Assembly: GCA_035437025.1 (NCBI GenBank)
Contig: DAOMXN010000001.1
Coordinates: 2,013 to 66,012 of the forward strand
Source: Beijerinckiaceae bacterium
Lineage (GTDB): Bacteria; Pseudomonadota; Alphaproteobacteria; Rhizobiales; Beijerinckiaceae
Length of the DNA stretch: 64,000 nucleotides
Direction of reading: 5' to 3'
Below the pieces are notes generated by a model, which had not been told where the DNA came from, made no database searches, and saw only the letters and a program-made list of their open reading frames with translations. Position numbers and translations under genes: made by a program. Positions 31,029 to 39,699 of the stretch are shown here, in pieces; position 1 is the first letter of the stretch; every line of letters begins with the position of its first letter.

Positions 31029-31931
31029 ATGAAGCGCATCGTGGTGGATTGGGGCAGCAGCAACTTCCGGGCCTACCGGTTCGGAGTGGAAGGCGCGCTC
31101 ATCGAACGACATCAGGCGGAAGCGGGCATCCTCACCGTGCGCGACGGCGCCTTCGAGGATGCACTCGAACGCGAGATCGGCCACTGGCTCGATCCTGAGA
31201 CGGAGATTCTGCTCTCCGGCATGATCACCAGCCGCAACGGCTGGGTGGAGACGCCCTATCTCGAGCCGCCCGCCAGCCTTTCCGGTCTCGCGACCCGGGC
31301 AGTCGCGCGGCCGGCGCGCACCGGCGCACGGCTCCTCTTCCTGCCGGGCGTCTGTAATCGCGCGCCCCAGCCAGATGTGATGCGCGGCGAGGAGATCCAG
31401 GTCTTCGGGGCGGTTTCGCCGACCGAGGATGCGCTCGTCGTCTTGCCAGGCACGCATTCGAAGTGGGTGAGCGTGCGCGCTGGGGCGATCGCCGGATTTT
31501 CGACCTTCCTCACGGGCGAGATGTTTGCCCTGCTGTGCCAGCATTCGATCATCGGGCGGCTGATTCCGCCGGGTGCTGCCGGCGCGAGCAACGGGGCGTT
31601 CCTCGAGGGTGTGAAACTGGGGTTTTCGGGCAATCCGCGCGGACTCCTGAATGATGTCTTCACCGCGCGCGCCGGAGCGCTGTTGGGCGATTTCATGCCG
31701 ACCGAAATTGCCGAGCGTCTATCGGGCATTCTCATAGGGCATGAAATCCGGGCCGGGTTCGAGTCCGCGATCATGCCCGGCCTGACGCCGCTTCTCGTCG
31801 GCGAGGCCGCGCTGATCGCGCGCTATGCGGTCGCCTTCAGCGCATTGGGGCTTGCCAGTGCGAAGGGGCCCGACCATGCCGCCGTGGAGGGTTTCCGGAA
31901 ACTCGGTGCGTTGGGAGCATCCCATGCCTGA
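31029..31931 (+). CDS. dgoK: 2-dehydro-3-deoxygalactonokinase
   Basis: ATG 31029 (MKRIVVDWGSSNFRAYRF...). Contains LSGMITSRNGW, DVMRGEE and LPGTHSKW, characteristic of DgoK. Confidence 0.8.
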   Translation: MKRIVVDWGSSNFRAYRFGVEGALIERHQAEAGILTVRDGAFEDALEREIGHWLDPETEILLSGMITSRNGWVETPYLEPPASLSGLATRAVARPARTGARLLFLPGVCNRAPQPDVMRGEEIQVFGAVSPTEDALVVLPGTHSKWVSVRAGAIAGFSTFLTGEMFALLCQHSIIGRLIPPGAAGASNGAFLEGVKLGFSGNPRGLLNDVFTARAGALLGDFMPTEIAERLSGILIGHEIRAGFESAIMPGLTPLLVGEAALIARYAVAFSALGLASAKGPDHAAVEGFRKLGALGASHA

Positions 31932-32580
31932 CCATCTGACGCGGTTCGAGGCGGCCTTTGCCGCCATGCCGCTCATCGCGATCCTCCGGGGCATTCGCCC
32001 GGAGGAGGCTGTCGGCATCGGCGAAGCGCTTGTTGCCGCCGGAATCCGCATCATAGAGGTGCCCTTGAATTCACCGGAACCGTTCGAAAGCATCACGCGC
32101 CTGGTCCGGCGCTTCAAGGCGGAGGCGGTGATCGGGGCTGGCACCGTGCGATGGCCGCATGAGGTCGAGCGCTTGCGAGAACTTGGTGCCGGGCTGGTTC
32201 TGTCACCGCATGTCGATGCTGCGGTGGTACGTGCGAGCGTGGCCGCCGGGATTGTTTCGATTCCCGGCATTCTGACCCCGACCGAAGCGTTCCTCGCGCT
32301 CAATTCCGGCGCCCATGCGCTGAAGCTGTTCCCGATGGAAATGATCGGCACTCCCGGCGCGCGGGCGATGCGCGCGGTACTCCCGCGCGGCACGCGACTT
32401 GTTGCGGTCGGAGGGGTTGGCGAGGGCAACGCAGCCCAGCTGCTCGACGGGGCCTGCGACGGTCTCGGCATCGGGTCTTCGCTCTACAAGCCAGGCGACA
32501 AGGCAAGCACGGTTGGCGAGCGCGCGCGGCGATTCATACAGGCAACGGGCTCAGGCTCCGCGCGGACAACATCGGGGTAG
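31924..32580 (+). CDS. dgoA: 2-dehydro-3-deoxy-6-phosphogalactonate aldolase
   Basis: ATG 31924 with an 8-nt overlap with dgoK. LIAILRGIRPEEAV...IRIIEVPLNSP...GAGTV...PG..TPTE is a KDPG/KDPGal aldolase pattern. Confidence 0.8.
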   Translation: MPDHLTRFEAAFAAMPLIAILRGIRPEEAVGIGEALVAAGIRIIEVPLNSPEPFESITRLVRRFKAEAVIGAGTVRWPHEVERLRELGAGLVLSPHVDAAVVRASVAAGIVSIPGILTPTEAFLALNSGAHALKLFPMEMIGTPGARAMRAVLPRGTRLVAVGGVGEGNAAQLLDGACDGLGIGSSLYKPGDKASTVGERARRFIQATGSGSARTTSG

Positions 32581-32721
32581 CACCCTGCCTGATGTCTCCG
32601 CCAGTGCCCGTTGGCGTGGCGGCGCTTCGGGAGGGTTCGTTTCGGCCTTGCGAGGCAGCGTCGGGGGTTGGCTGTCGTTCCCAGACGCAATCGGCGCGAA
32701 ATCCGTTCCAGGCGGGGCGCA

Positions 32722-33543
32722 TCACTTTCGGATGTCCGGCAGGGGCGGCGCCGACTTCACGAGCACGATGGATACCCGGCGGTTCGCGGCAAGCTTGGGA
32801 TCGTCGGGGAACATCGGCTCGGTGTCGGCCTTGCCAACCACGCTCTCGAACCGGCCCGCCGCCACGCCGGAGGATTGCAGGATGTCGCGCACGGCGAGCG
32901 CCCGGCCGGTCGAGAGGCGCCAGCCGTCAGCGGACTTCCGGCCGGACCGGTCGGCCGATGTGTGGCCAGTGATGCGGATCGGGTTCGGCAGTTCCATCAG
33001 GCGGGGCGCGAGCGCGGCAAGCAGCGCGCGGGTCCGATCAAGCGGCTGGGTCGAGCCTTCCGGAAACATCGATCGCCCGTCCTGGTCGACGATCTGCAGG
33101 TCAAGTCCCTCGGACGTTTCCTCGACGAGCACGTTCCTGGACATTTCCGAGATGTCCGGCAGATCCTGAAATGCCTGGCGCAGCGAGGCCGCCGCCAGCG
33201 CGAAGGCGCGCTCGTGCGCGAAGTCCGTGCGTCCGTCCTGACGCTTCTCGGCGCGTTTCGGCGCGGTGAATTCCGAGGCCTGGTCAGGCGGGATCTTTTC
33301 CAGGTTGCGCAGATGCGGACGCACGGGCACCCCCTCGATCTCGACGATGCCGGACAGGCGGCTCTGCTTCTGCGATCCGAAGGCGTCGCGCATGGAGCCT
33401 GCAACGATCTGTAGCTTCTTCTGATCCTGCGTCGAGAACGCCGTGAGCATGACGAAAAAGCTCATCAACAGGCCCATCAGGTCGGCAAAGGTAACGAACC
33501 AGCCGTGACCGCCGCCGTGACCGCCGCCCTTCTTGCGCGCCAC
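32722..33543 (-). CDS. MotB-like stator protein with OmpA-type peptidoglycan-binding domain
   Basis: N-terminus KKGGGHGGGHGWFVTFADLMGLLMSFF (single TM with the conserved Asp). C-terminal OmpA-like ITGHTS...RLSTGRALAVRDIL...ANRRVSIVLV. Confidence 0.75.
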   Translation of the reverse strand: MARKKGGGHGGGHGWFVTFADLMGLLMSFFVMLTAFSTQDQKKLQIVAGSMRDAFGSQKQSRLSGIVEIEGVPVRPHLRNLEKIPPDQASEFTAPKRAEKRQDGRTDFAHERAFALAAASLRQAFQDLPDISEMSRNVLVEETSEGLDLQIVDQDGRSMFPEGSTQPLDRTRALLAALAPRLMELPNPIRITGHTSADRSGRKSADGWRLSTGRALAVRDILQSSGVAAGRFESVVGKADTEPMFPDDPKLAANRRVSIVLVKSAPPLPDIRK

Positions 33544-33558
33544 CTCTGCCTCCCCGGG

Positions 33559-34329
33559 TCAGGCCGAAGCGTCGGCGAGTTCGTGCTTGTGGTGGTCCGG
33601 CAGGTAGGAAATGAGCATTTCACGGATGACGGCCGGATTCTTCGAGGCGCGCATCTGCAGCACGCCATCGATGATCAGCGTGCGCGATACCTCCTCCTCT
33701 TCCAGTTTCACATGCAGCTTGTCGGCGATGGGCAGGCAAATCAGGTTGCCGACCAGAGCGCCGTAGAGCGTGGCCAGCAGGGCGACCGCCATGAAGGGCC
33801 CCAGCTTGGAGGGGTCCTCCATGTTTGAGAACATCTGCACCATGCCGACCAACGTGCCGACCATGCCCCAGGCCGGCGCCGCATCACCGATGGACCGGTA
33901 GATCTTCTGCCCCTCGTCCAGATGCTGGAGAAAGGTGTCGCGGTCCTGCTCCAGGGTCCGGCGGATGAAGTCCGGGTCGTAGCCATCGGCGAGATACCGC
34001 AGGCCCTGCGCCAGAAACGGATCGTCGACCGACTGTCCTTCGAGCGCCACCGGGCCGGACTTGCGCACGATCTCGGCGATTCGGGTGATCTCCTCGATCA
34101 GCACGCGCGGGTGCTGGCTGCGCATGGTGAAGGCATAGCGAATGCCCACCGGAAAGCCGTGTGCCATGGCCGAAAGCGGGAAGCGGATCAACGTGCCGGC
34201 GGTGCAGCCGCCGCCGATGACGATGATGGCATGGACGTCGTAGAACATGCCGAAGTTGCCACCCATCAGGATCAGGGCGGCAACAGTGGCGATTCCGGCA
34301 AGGAACCCGAGACCCGTGGCAAAATCCAT
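33559..34329 (-). CDS. MotA/PomA-like stator proton-channel protein (MotA/TolQ/ExbB family)
   Basis: 256 aa, 4 TM. The conserved C-terminal TM pair with prolines (LGPFMAVALLATLYGALVGNLICLPIADKL) is typical of MotA/PomA. Confidence 0.75.
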   Translation of the reverse strand: MDFATGLGFLAGIATVAALILMGGNFGMFYDVHAIIVIGGGCTAGTLIRFPLSAMAHGFPVGIRYAFTMRSQHPRVLIEEITRIAEIVRKSGPVALEGQSVDDPFLAQGLRYLADGYDPDFIRRTLEQDRDTFLQHLDEGQKIYRSIGDAAPAWGMVGTLVGMVQMFSNMEDPSKLGPFMAVALLATLYGALVGNLICLPIADKLHVKLEEEEVSRTLIIDGVLQMRASKNPAVIREMLISYLPDHHKHELADASA

Positions 34330-34382
34330 GGCGGTGTCCGATACAAAACTCTAATAGCGTTACTCTAACTAGTATCTGGACG

Positions 34383-34411
34383 GGGAACGTTAAGGTTCCC
34401 TTGCCTTTTCC
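34383..34411 (+). terminator. Orphan intrinsic-terminator-like hairpin (no upstream plus-strand gene)
   Basis: GGGAAC (34383-34388), GTTAAG loop, GTTCCC (34395-34400), then TTGCCTTTTCC. Confidence 0.35.
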
Positions 34412-34526
34412 CGATCGCTACATCTTTCGGTTGTGGCGGCGCGCGGCATTGCCGCAGGCCATTGCACCGACGGCGGCGAACGACTAGCTGGACGTATAGT
34501 CTTGTCCTTGCGCGGAGATTTGCCCG

Positions 34527-36047
34527 ATGGTGCCCAGACCCGTGATGCTCGTGATCCTCGACGGCTGGGGCGAACGCGCCGGTCGGCAGGACAACGCGGT
34601 CAAGCTGGCAAGAACGCCCAATTTCGACCGGCTGTGGGCCACCTGTCCGCATGCATTCCTGAAGACCTCCGGCCTGGATGTCGGGCTGCCGGAAGGACAG
34701 ATGGGGAATTCCGAGGTCGGGCATCTCAACATCGGCGCCGGCCGGGTCGTCATGCAGGACCTGCCGCGCATCGGTGAAGCCATCCGGGACGGTAGCCTTG
34801 CGCGCGCGCCGGCGCTGACGGATCTGATCGTCGCCCTGAAGGCGTCCGGTGGCGTCTGCCACTTGCTGGGCCTGGTGTCGCCGGGCGGAGTGCATTCCCA
34901 TCAGGACCATGCCCTGGCGCTTGCCCGCATTCTCTCGGACCACGGCATCACGGTCCTGCTGCATGCGCTGACCGACGGCCGCGACACGCCGCCGCGCTCG
35001 GCCGCGGACTACGTGAGGAGCGTGGAAACGGGCCTGCCGGCGCGTGCGCGAATTGCCACGGTGATCGGCCGCTACTACGCCATGGACCGCGACAATCGCT
35101 GGGAACGCGTCAGCAAGGCCTACGAGGCAATGGTGTCCGGTGGGGGGCAGGCCTTTGCCTCCGCGGGCGAGGCGATCGCCGCCGCCTATGCCGATGACGT
35201 CACGGACGAGTTCATTCTGCCCGCCAGCATCGGCGGCTACACCGGCATGAAGGCCGGCGATGCCCTGATCTGTTTCAATTTCCGTGCCGACCGGGTGCGG
35301 GAGATCTTGGCCAGCCTGCTCGATCCGGCGTTCGGCGGGTTCGAGCGCGCGCGGCAACCGCATTTGGCGGCGGCCGTGGGCATGACCCAGTACTCGACCG
35401 AGCTGGACGCCTTTCTTGCGACGATCTTCCCGCCACAAAGCCTAGCGAACGTGCTCGGTCAGGTTGTTTCCGACGCAGGCTGCAAGCAGCTGCGCATGGC
35501 GGAGACCGAGAAGTATCCCCACGTCACCTACTTCCTGAATGGCGGGGAGGAGGCGGTCTATCCTGGGGAGGATCGCATCATGGTGCCCTCGCCCAAGGTT
35601 GCCACCTACGATCTTCAGCCCGAGATGTCGGCGCCGGAACTGACGGACAAGGCCGTGGCGGCCATCGCGTCCGGCGTCTATGATCTGATCGTGCTGAACT
35701 ATGCCAACCCCGATATGGTGGGCCATACCGGCAGTTTGCCGGCCGCCATCACGGCGGTCGAGACGGTCGATGCCGGGCTCGGGCGGATCGCCGAGGCGAT
35801 CGGTGCCCGGGGCGGCGCCTTGCTGGTTACGGCAGACCACGGCAATTGCGAACAAATGCGCGATCTTGAAACCGGTGGACCGCATACCGCCCACACCACC
35901 AACCCGGTCCCGGTGTTCCTGTTGGGCGCGCATGCGCCGGCGCTGCGCGAGGGCGGGCGTCTTGCGGATCTCGCGCCGACCCTGCTCGCGCTCATGAGGC
36001 TTGACCAGCCGCCCGAAATGACCGGGCGCAGCCTGATCATGGCTTGA
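34527..36047 (+). CDS. gpmI: 2,3-bisphosphoglycerate-independent phosphoglycerate mutase
   Basis: 506 aa with VMLVILDGWG, GNSEVGHLNIGAGR and ADHGN motifs. Confidence 0.9.
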   Translation: MVPRPVMLVILDGWGERAGRQDNAVKLARTPNFDRLWATCPHAFLKTSGLDVGLPEGQMGNSEVGHLNIGAGRVVMQDLPRIGEAIRDGSLARAPALTDLIVALKASGGVCHLLGLVSPGGVHSHQDHALALARILSDHGITVLLHALTDGRDTPPRSAADYVRSVETGLPARARIATVIGRYYAMDRDNRWERVSKAYEAMVSGGGQAFASAGEAIAAAYADDVTDEFILPASIGGYTGMKAGDALICFNFRADRVREILASLLDPAFGGFERARQPHLAAAVGMTQYSTELDAFLATIFPPQSLANVLGQVVSDAGCKQLRMAETEKYPHVTYFLNGGEEAVYPGEDRIMVPSPKVATYDLQPEMSAPELTDKAVAAIASGVYDLIVLNYANPDMVGHTGSLPAAITAVETVDAGLGRIAEAIGARGGALLVTADHGNCEQMRDLETGGPHTAHTTNPVPVFLLGAHAPALREGGRLADLAPTLLALMRLDQPPEMTGRSLIMA

Positions 36048-36323
36048 ATGCCCACGCATTCTTCGAGTCCTCGCGCCTGCAAGACATGGGCAGGCCCCCG
36101 GCGGGAGGGGACGCATCGGGGAGCTGTCGACTGGCCCAGTCCGGAAATGCACCGTTGTCGCGCGCCTGTGCGCCTCATCCCGCGTCCGGCATGGGCCGTT
36201 ACGGGCTTCTCGCGCTTCTCGGCCGGCAAGCCCTGACAGGACTTGTTGAAGTCCTGGCAAGGTGCTATGCGCCTCGCCGACCACGGGCCCCGGCCAACGC
36301 GCCAGCCCTTGCAGACTTCTGAC

Positions 36324-36413
36324 GGAGAGGTGGCAGAGTGGTCGATCGCGCCGCACTCGAAATGCGGAGTACGTGCAAGCGTACCGGGGGTTCGAATCCC
36401 TCCCTCTCCGCCA
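36324..36413 (+). tRNA. tRNA-Ser (anticodon CGA)
   Basis: 90 nt. Acceptor GGAGAGG pairs with CCTCTCC. D-arm GGCAGAGTGG. Anticodon loop CTCGAAA. Long variable arm. T-arm GGGGGTTCGAATCCCTC. Encoded CCA. Confidence 0.9.
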
Positions 36414-36661
36414 TTTACTTCGGAATCTAGCGGCAAGATGATGCAATGCGCAGAAGTGCGTTTTGAAAACCCGCTCAGGAGAGATCAGGAAACTTGAACG
36501 AACCAACCGCCACGCTGTGCGGCTTGAGCGGCCCCGGCGACCGTCATATCGCTACGCGGCCGCTTGCTGGACTTTGAGAGAATAAGGGCTTTGATAGCTT
36601 AGCTCAGCCCACCGGTTGTCGCCGGGCATGCTTCAGGTCACGAGAGCCGCGCGCCGAAGCA

Positions 36662-37393
36662 TCACTTCGGCGCGACGGACAGGTTGGCGAAGAACGCTTC
36701 GGTTCCGTCGTCCACCCACAGGCCGATGCGCCCCTTGCGACCCGGATAGCGGAGGTCGGCAACCGTCATCACCTCGACGCCATCGACGAATGCGCGCAAC
36801 GAACTGCCATCGATCTCCAGCCGCAGGCGATGCCAGCTGTCGATGGCAACTGGTGCGGCCTTCTCGTAGCGGTTCGGATGCTCCTGCCGCAGTTTCCGCC
36901 AGTAGCGGTCGGGATAGCTGATGTACTGGATCGCAAACACGTTGCGCGGCGCGGGCGGCGGCGGCACGTTGCGGCTGCCGTTGGTCATGCGCAGATAGAC
37001 CGCTTCGAAGGTGCCGAGATCATCGGCGATGTGGAACGCCAGACCAACGAAACCACGCACATCGGGCTGGCCGCGCCCGTTGATCCGGGCGGCCAGATCC
37101 ACCTCGATGGTGCCCTCAGCGAACTCGATGGCTGGCATGGCGAAGCTCGGACCATTACCGGCGGAGCCGGGCACAAGCAGCGCCTTCTGGGCCTCTTCGG
37201 TCAGCGAGACGGCAACAGCGTCACGCTCCTTGAAGTGGCCAGCTGATACCTGCACCAAGTTGGTCGTTAGCCCTTCGGGCGAACGCAGGGGTAAGGTCCG
37301 GGGACCGCCTGTCTGGGCAATAGCTTGGCGGGCTGTCGAGCATAGACCGAGAAATCCGGCGGCGAGTAGAGCTCTACGGTTGACCCGAGGCAT
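36662..37393 (-). CDS. Secreted concanavalin-A-like (DUF1080 / 3-keto-disaccharide hydrolase-like) protein
   Basis: ATG 37393. Tat-like signal MPRVNRRALLAAGFLGL. The C-terminal WHRLRLEIDGSSLRAFVDGVEV...GRIGLWVDDGTEAFFANLSV resembles the DUF1080 jelly-roll signature. Confidence 0.5.
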   Translation of the reverse strand: MPRVNRRALLAAGFLGLCSTARQAIAQTGGPRTLPLRSPEGLTTNLVQVSAGHFKERDAVAVSLTEEAQKALLVPGSAGNGPSFAMPAIEFAEGTIEVDLAARINGRGQPDVRGFVGLAFHIADDLGTFEAVYLRMTNGSRNVPPPPAPRNVFAIQYISYPDRYWRKLRQEHPNRYEKAAPVAIDSWHRLRLEIDGSSLRAFVDGVEVMTVADLRYPGRKGRIGLWVDDGTEAFFANLSVAPK

Positions 37394-37476
37394 GCGCGCT
37401 TCTCCAAACATTGTCAGTCGCGCAGGAGACGTAGGCCTGAAATTGCAATTCACAAAATTCATAGTATGCATCCATC

Positions 37477-38391
37477 ATGAACAAGATCGATTTGCGACGG
37501 GTCGACTTAAATCTTTTGCCCGTATTCGAGGTCCTTATTGAGGAGCGTCACGTTTCCCGTGCTGCCGAGCGGCTCGGTCGGTCACAATCGGCGATCAGCC
37601 ACGCGCTTGAGCGGCTGCGTGAGCAGCTGAACGACCCGCTGCTGATCCGGGTTGGTGGAGTTATGACGCCCACCGCATACGGTCTGGAGATTTTTAGCGA
37701 AATCCGGCCTATTCTACGGAACATCCAGCGGGTCCTATCGACGCGCGAAAGCTTTGTACCCGATACGTCAGATCGGACCTTTCACATCGTCATCCCAGAT
37801 TTCTGGGCGGCGGCCATTGCTGCTTTCGTGCGATGCATTCGCATCGAAGCGCCAAATGTTGTTGTTATGTGGAGCCCTCCACATGAGCGGAGCCTTGTCG
37901 ACCTGGCTAACGAGCAGGTCGATCTCGTCGTCGCGCCAAGTAAGTTAAAGGCACCCGAAGGCATCGAGGCCGAGTCGATTGGTGCGCTGTCATGGGGCTG
38001 CTTTCTGCGTCGGGGACATCCTGCGCTGGAAACGTGGGGAGCAGAAGCCTGGCAGGCCTACCCGCATATCGTCGTGAACGTTGGCGAAAGGTTTCCCTCG
38101 CCCGTCCAAGTCGCCAGCCATCCAGGGGGGTTGTTGCGGCGGGTCGGAGCTTATGTTCCGACATTCGCCGCAGTGCCGCCTCTGCTTGCAGAGTCTGACA
38201 TGATAGCAACCTTACCCCGCCTTGCTCTGGTCGAAGGCGCAAGGGTCTATGGCCTTCAGGACAGGCTGCCCCCATTCCCGATTGCGCCGATTGATGCCAG
38301 CCTCTTCTGGAGCGCTCGACGCACGAGCGACGCTGCGACACGCTGGTTCATCGAGCGCCTTCGACCGGCGCTCGTGGAGCGTATCGTCTAG
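37477..38391 (+). CDS. LysR-family transcriptional regulator
   Basis: N-terminal HTH LNLLPVFEVLIEERHVSRAAERLGRSQSAISHALERLR plus a LysR substrate-binding domain. Divergent from the DUF1080-like gene. Confidence 0.85.
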   Translation: MNKIDLRRVDLNLLPVFEVLIEERHVSRAAERLGRSQSAISHALERLREQLNDPLLIRVGGVMTPTAYGLEIFSEIRPILRNIQRVLSTRESFVPDTSDRTFHIVIPDFWAAAIAAFVRCIRIEAPNVVVMWSPPHERSLVDLANEQVDLVVAPSKLKAPEGIEAESIGALSWGCFLRRGHPALETWGAEAWQAYPHIVVNVGERFPSPVQVASHPGGLLRRVGAYVPTFAAVPPLLAESDMIATLPRLALVEGARVYGLQDRLPPFPIAPIDASLFWSARRTSDAATRWFIERLRPALVERIV

Positions 38392-38492
38392 GCGCGCCGG
38401 CACTTCGTTCGTGACCTGCCTCCGGTTTTCTGGACCGTTCATTTCTGGAAAATTCCAGTTTAGCAGCACGGGCTGCGGATGGAGTTTTCGAC

Positions 38493-38812
38493 ATGAAGAA
38501 GTCGAAGTTCACAGAGGCGAAGATCGCCTTCATCTTGCGTCAGGCTGAGGAGGAACGCCGGTCCCTGAGGTCTGTCGGAAGGCCGGGATCAGTGATGCGA
38601 CCTTCTGTAACTGGCGCAAGAAACACGCCGGGCTGATGCCCTCGGAGATGAAGCGGTTGCGCCAGCTCGAGGAAGAGAATGCTCGGCTGAAGCGGATTGT
38701 GGCGGACCATTCGCTCGACAAGAAGATGGTGCAGGACGTCATCAAGCAAAATCTCTGGGGCCTGCCCGCCAGCGGTCGATGGTCGATCATGTGCGGGCGA
38801 CCTGGCAGGTGA
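38493..38812 (+). pseudogene. IS3-family transposase OrfA, disrupted by a 1-nt deletion
   Basis: MKKSKFTEAKIAFILRQAEE is in one frame. The rest of the HTH/leucine-zipper part (GTPVPEVCRKAGISDATFCNWRKKHAGLMPSEMKRLRQLEEENARLKRIVADHSLDKKMVQDVIKQNL) is in another. The shift maps to the G run at about 38550-38553. Confidence 0.6.
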
Positions 38813-39591
38813 GCATCCGTCGTGCTTGCCGCGCCTTGCCCGTCGAGCGTTCGACCTACCATTACCGCTCCCGACGGACCGGGCAGGCCCATCTCATCAA
38901 ACGGATCAAGGAAATCGCCGAGACGCGAATGCGCTACGGCTACAGGCGGATTCCGGTGTTGCTCAGGCGCGAGGGCCGGAGTGTCAATCCGAAGCGGATC
39001 TATCGTCTTTACAAGGAGTTGGGGCTCCAGCTCCGCAACAAGACACCAAAGCGTCGGGTCAAGGCGAAGCTGCGCGAGGATCGGCGTCCAGCCACACGGA
39101 CGAACGAGATATGGGCGATGGACTTCGTGCATGATCAACTGGCGACGGGGCGCAAGCTCCGCGTGCTCACTATTGTCGACACCTTTTCGCGCTTCTCGCC
39201 AGCGCTGGATGTCCGCTTCAACTTTCGGGGGGCGGATGTCGTTGAAGTCCTCGAGCAGGTTGGCCGGCAGCATGGCTTCCCGAGCGCGATCCGGGTCGAC
39301 CAAGGCACGGAGTTCGTCTCCCGCGATCTCGATCTCTGGGCCTATCAGCGTGGTGTCACGCTCGACTTCTCCCGACCGGGAAAGCCGACCGACAACAGCT
39401 ACATCGAGTCGTTCAACGGCAAGTTCCGGGCCGAATGCCTCAACGCGCACTGGTTCATGAGCCTTCCCGACGCCCGGGAGAAAGCAAAGGCTTGGCGAAG
39501 GGACTATACCGAGCGACAACCTCACAGCGCGATCGGGAACAAGCCTCCGATAACGCTCGTCAATCGGTCATCGGCATGCAGCCCGCGATGA
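38779..39591 (+). CDS. IS3-family transposase OrfB (DDE/rve integrase core)
   Basis: YGYRRI...WAMDFV...IVDTFSR...RVDQGTEF...GKPTDNSYIESFNGKFRAECLN is a DDE transposase. The frame stays open upstream (KSLGPARQRS), consistent with an OrfAB -1 frameshift fusion near 38744-38752. Confidence 0.85.
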   Translation: MVDHVRATWQVSIRRACRALPVERSTYHYRSRRTGQAHLIKRIKEIAETRMRYGYRRIPVLLRREGRSVNPKRIYRLYKELGLQLRNKTPKRRVKAKLREDRRPATRTNEIWAMDFVHDQLATGRKLRVLTIVDTFSRFSPALDVRFNFRGADVVEVLEQVGRQHGFPSAIRVDQGTEFVSRDLDLWAYQRGVTLDFSRPGKPTDNSYIESFNGKFRAECLNAHWFMSLPDAREKAKAWRRDYTERQPHSAIGNKPPITLVNRSSACSPR

Positions 39592-39650
39592 GCAGATTAC
39601 CCCCTGGAAGCGGCCGGCAAGCCGGTCCAACATCGGGGGCAGGCCCGCTT

Positions 39651-39699
39651 GTGATGGACCCAACTGACCGATGGCGGGAATTCAGGGGCACACGTCAAC
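39651..39699 (+). repeat. Repeat copy A: IS-end-like sequence (solo inverted-repeat remnant?)
   Basis: GTGATGGACCCAACTGACCGATGGCGGGAATTCAGGGGCACACGTCAAC. The core 39651-39688 is 37/38 identical to 47616-47653. Read on the minus strand it begins TGACGTGTGCCCCTGAATTCC, like an IS3/IS21-type terminus. Confidence 0.7.

Larger units (their letters stand above)
38412..39646 (+). mobile_element. IS3-family insertion sequence (IS407-group-like), about 1.2 kb
   Basis: Left end TGACCTGCCTCCGGTTTTCTGGACCG (38412-). The reverse complement of the right end is GGGCCTGCCCCCGATGTTGGACCGGC, an imperfect IR sharing CCTGCC(T/C)CCG...GGACCG. orfA and orfB are arranged in -1 frames. Confidence 0.8.

Noticed and set aside
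33503-33526. Tandem 12-nt repeat CCGTGACCGCCG x2
   Set aside because: It lies within the motB-like coding sequence and simply encodes the GGGHGGGH segment of the cytoplasmic N-terminus. It is not a regulatory or hypervariable repeat as far as can be seen.
32722-34329. MotAB pair as a Zorya-type anti-phage system
   Set aside because: ZorA proteins are much longer and carry a long C-terminal tail. Here MotA is PomA-sized (256 aa), and no ZorC/ZorD-like or other defence genes are adjacent.
36131-36155. SRP (4.5S) RNA-like motif CAGTCCGGAAATGCACC downstream of gpmI
   Set aside because: It resembles the CAGGUCCGGAAGGAAGCA core only superficially. The flanking bases cannot form the conserved domain IV helix, and there is no long closing stem.
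36237-36256. Perfect 8-bp hairpin CAGGACTT-GTTG-AAGTCCTG between gpmI and tRNA-Ser
   Set aside because: No T-tract follows, and it lies 190 nt after the gpmI stop. That is not enough to call a terminator or an RNA gene.
36597-36625. tRNA D-arm-like string GCTTAGCTCAGCCCACCGGTTG after tRNA-Ser
   Set aside because: No acceptor, anticodon or T-arm can be folded around it. It does not match the tRNA-Ser sequence, so it is not an att-type duplication.
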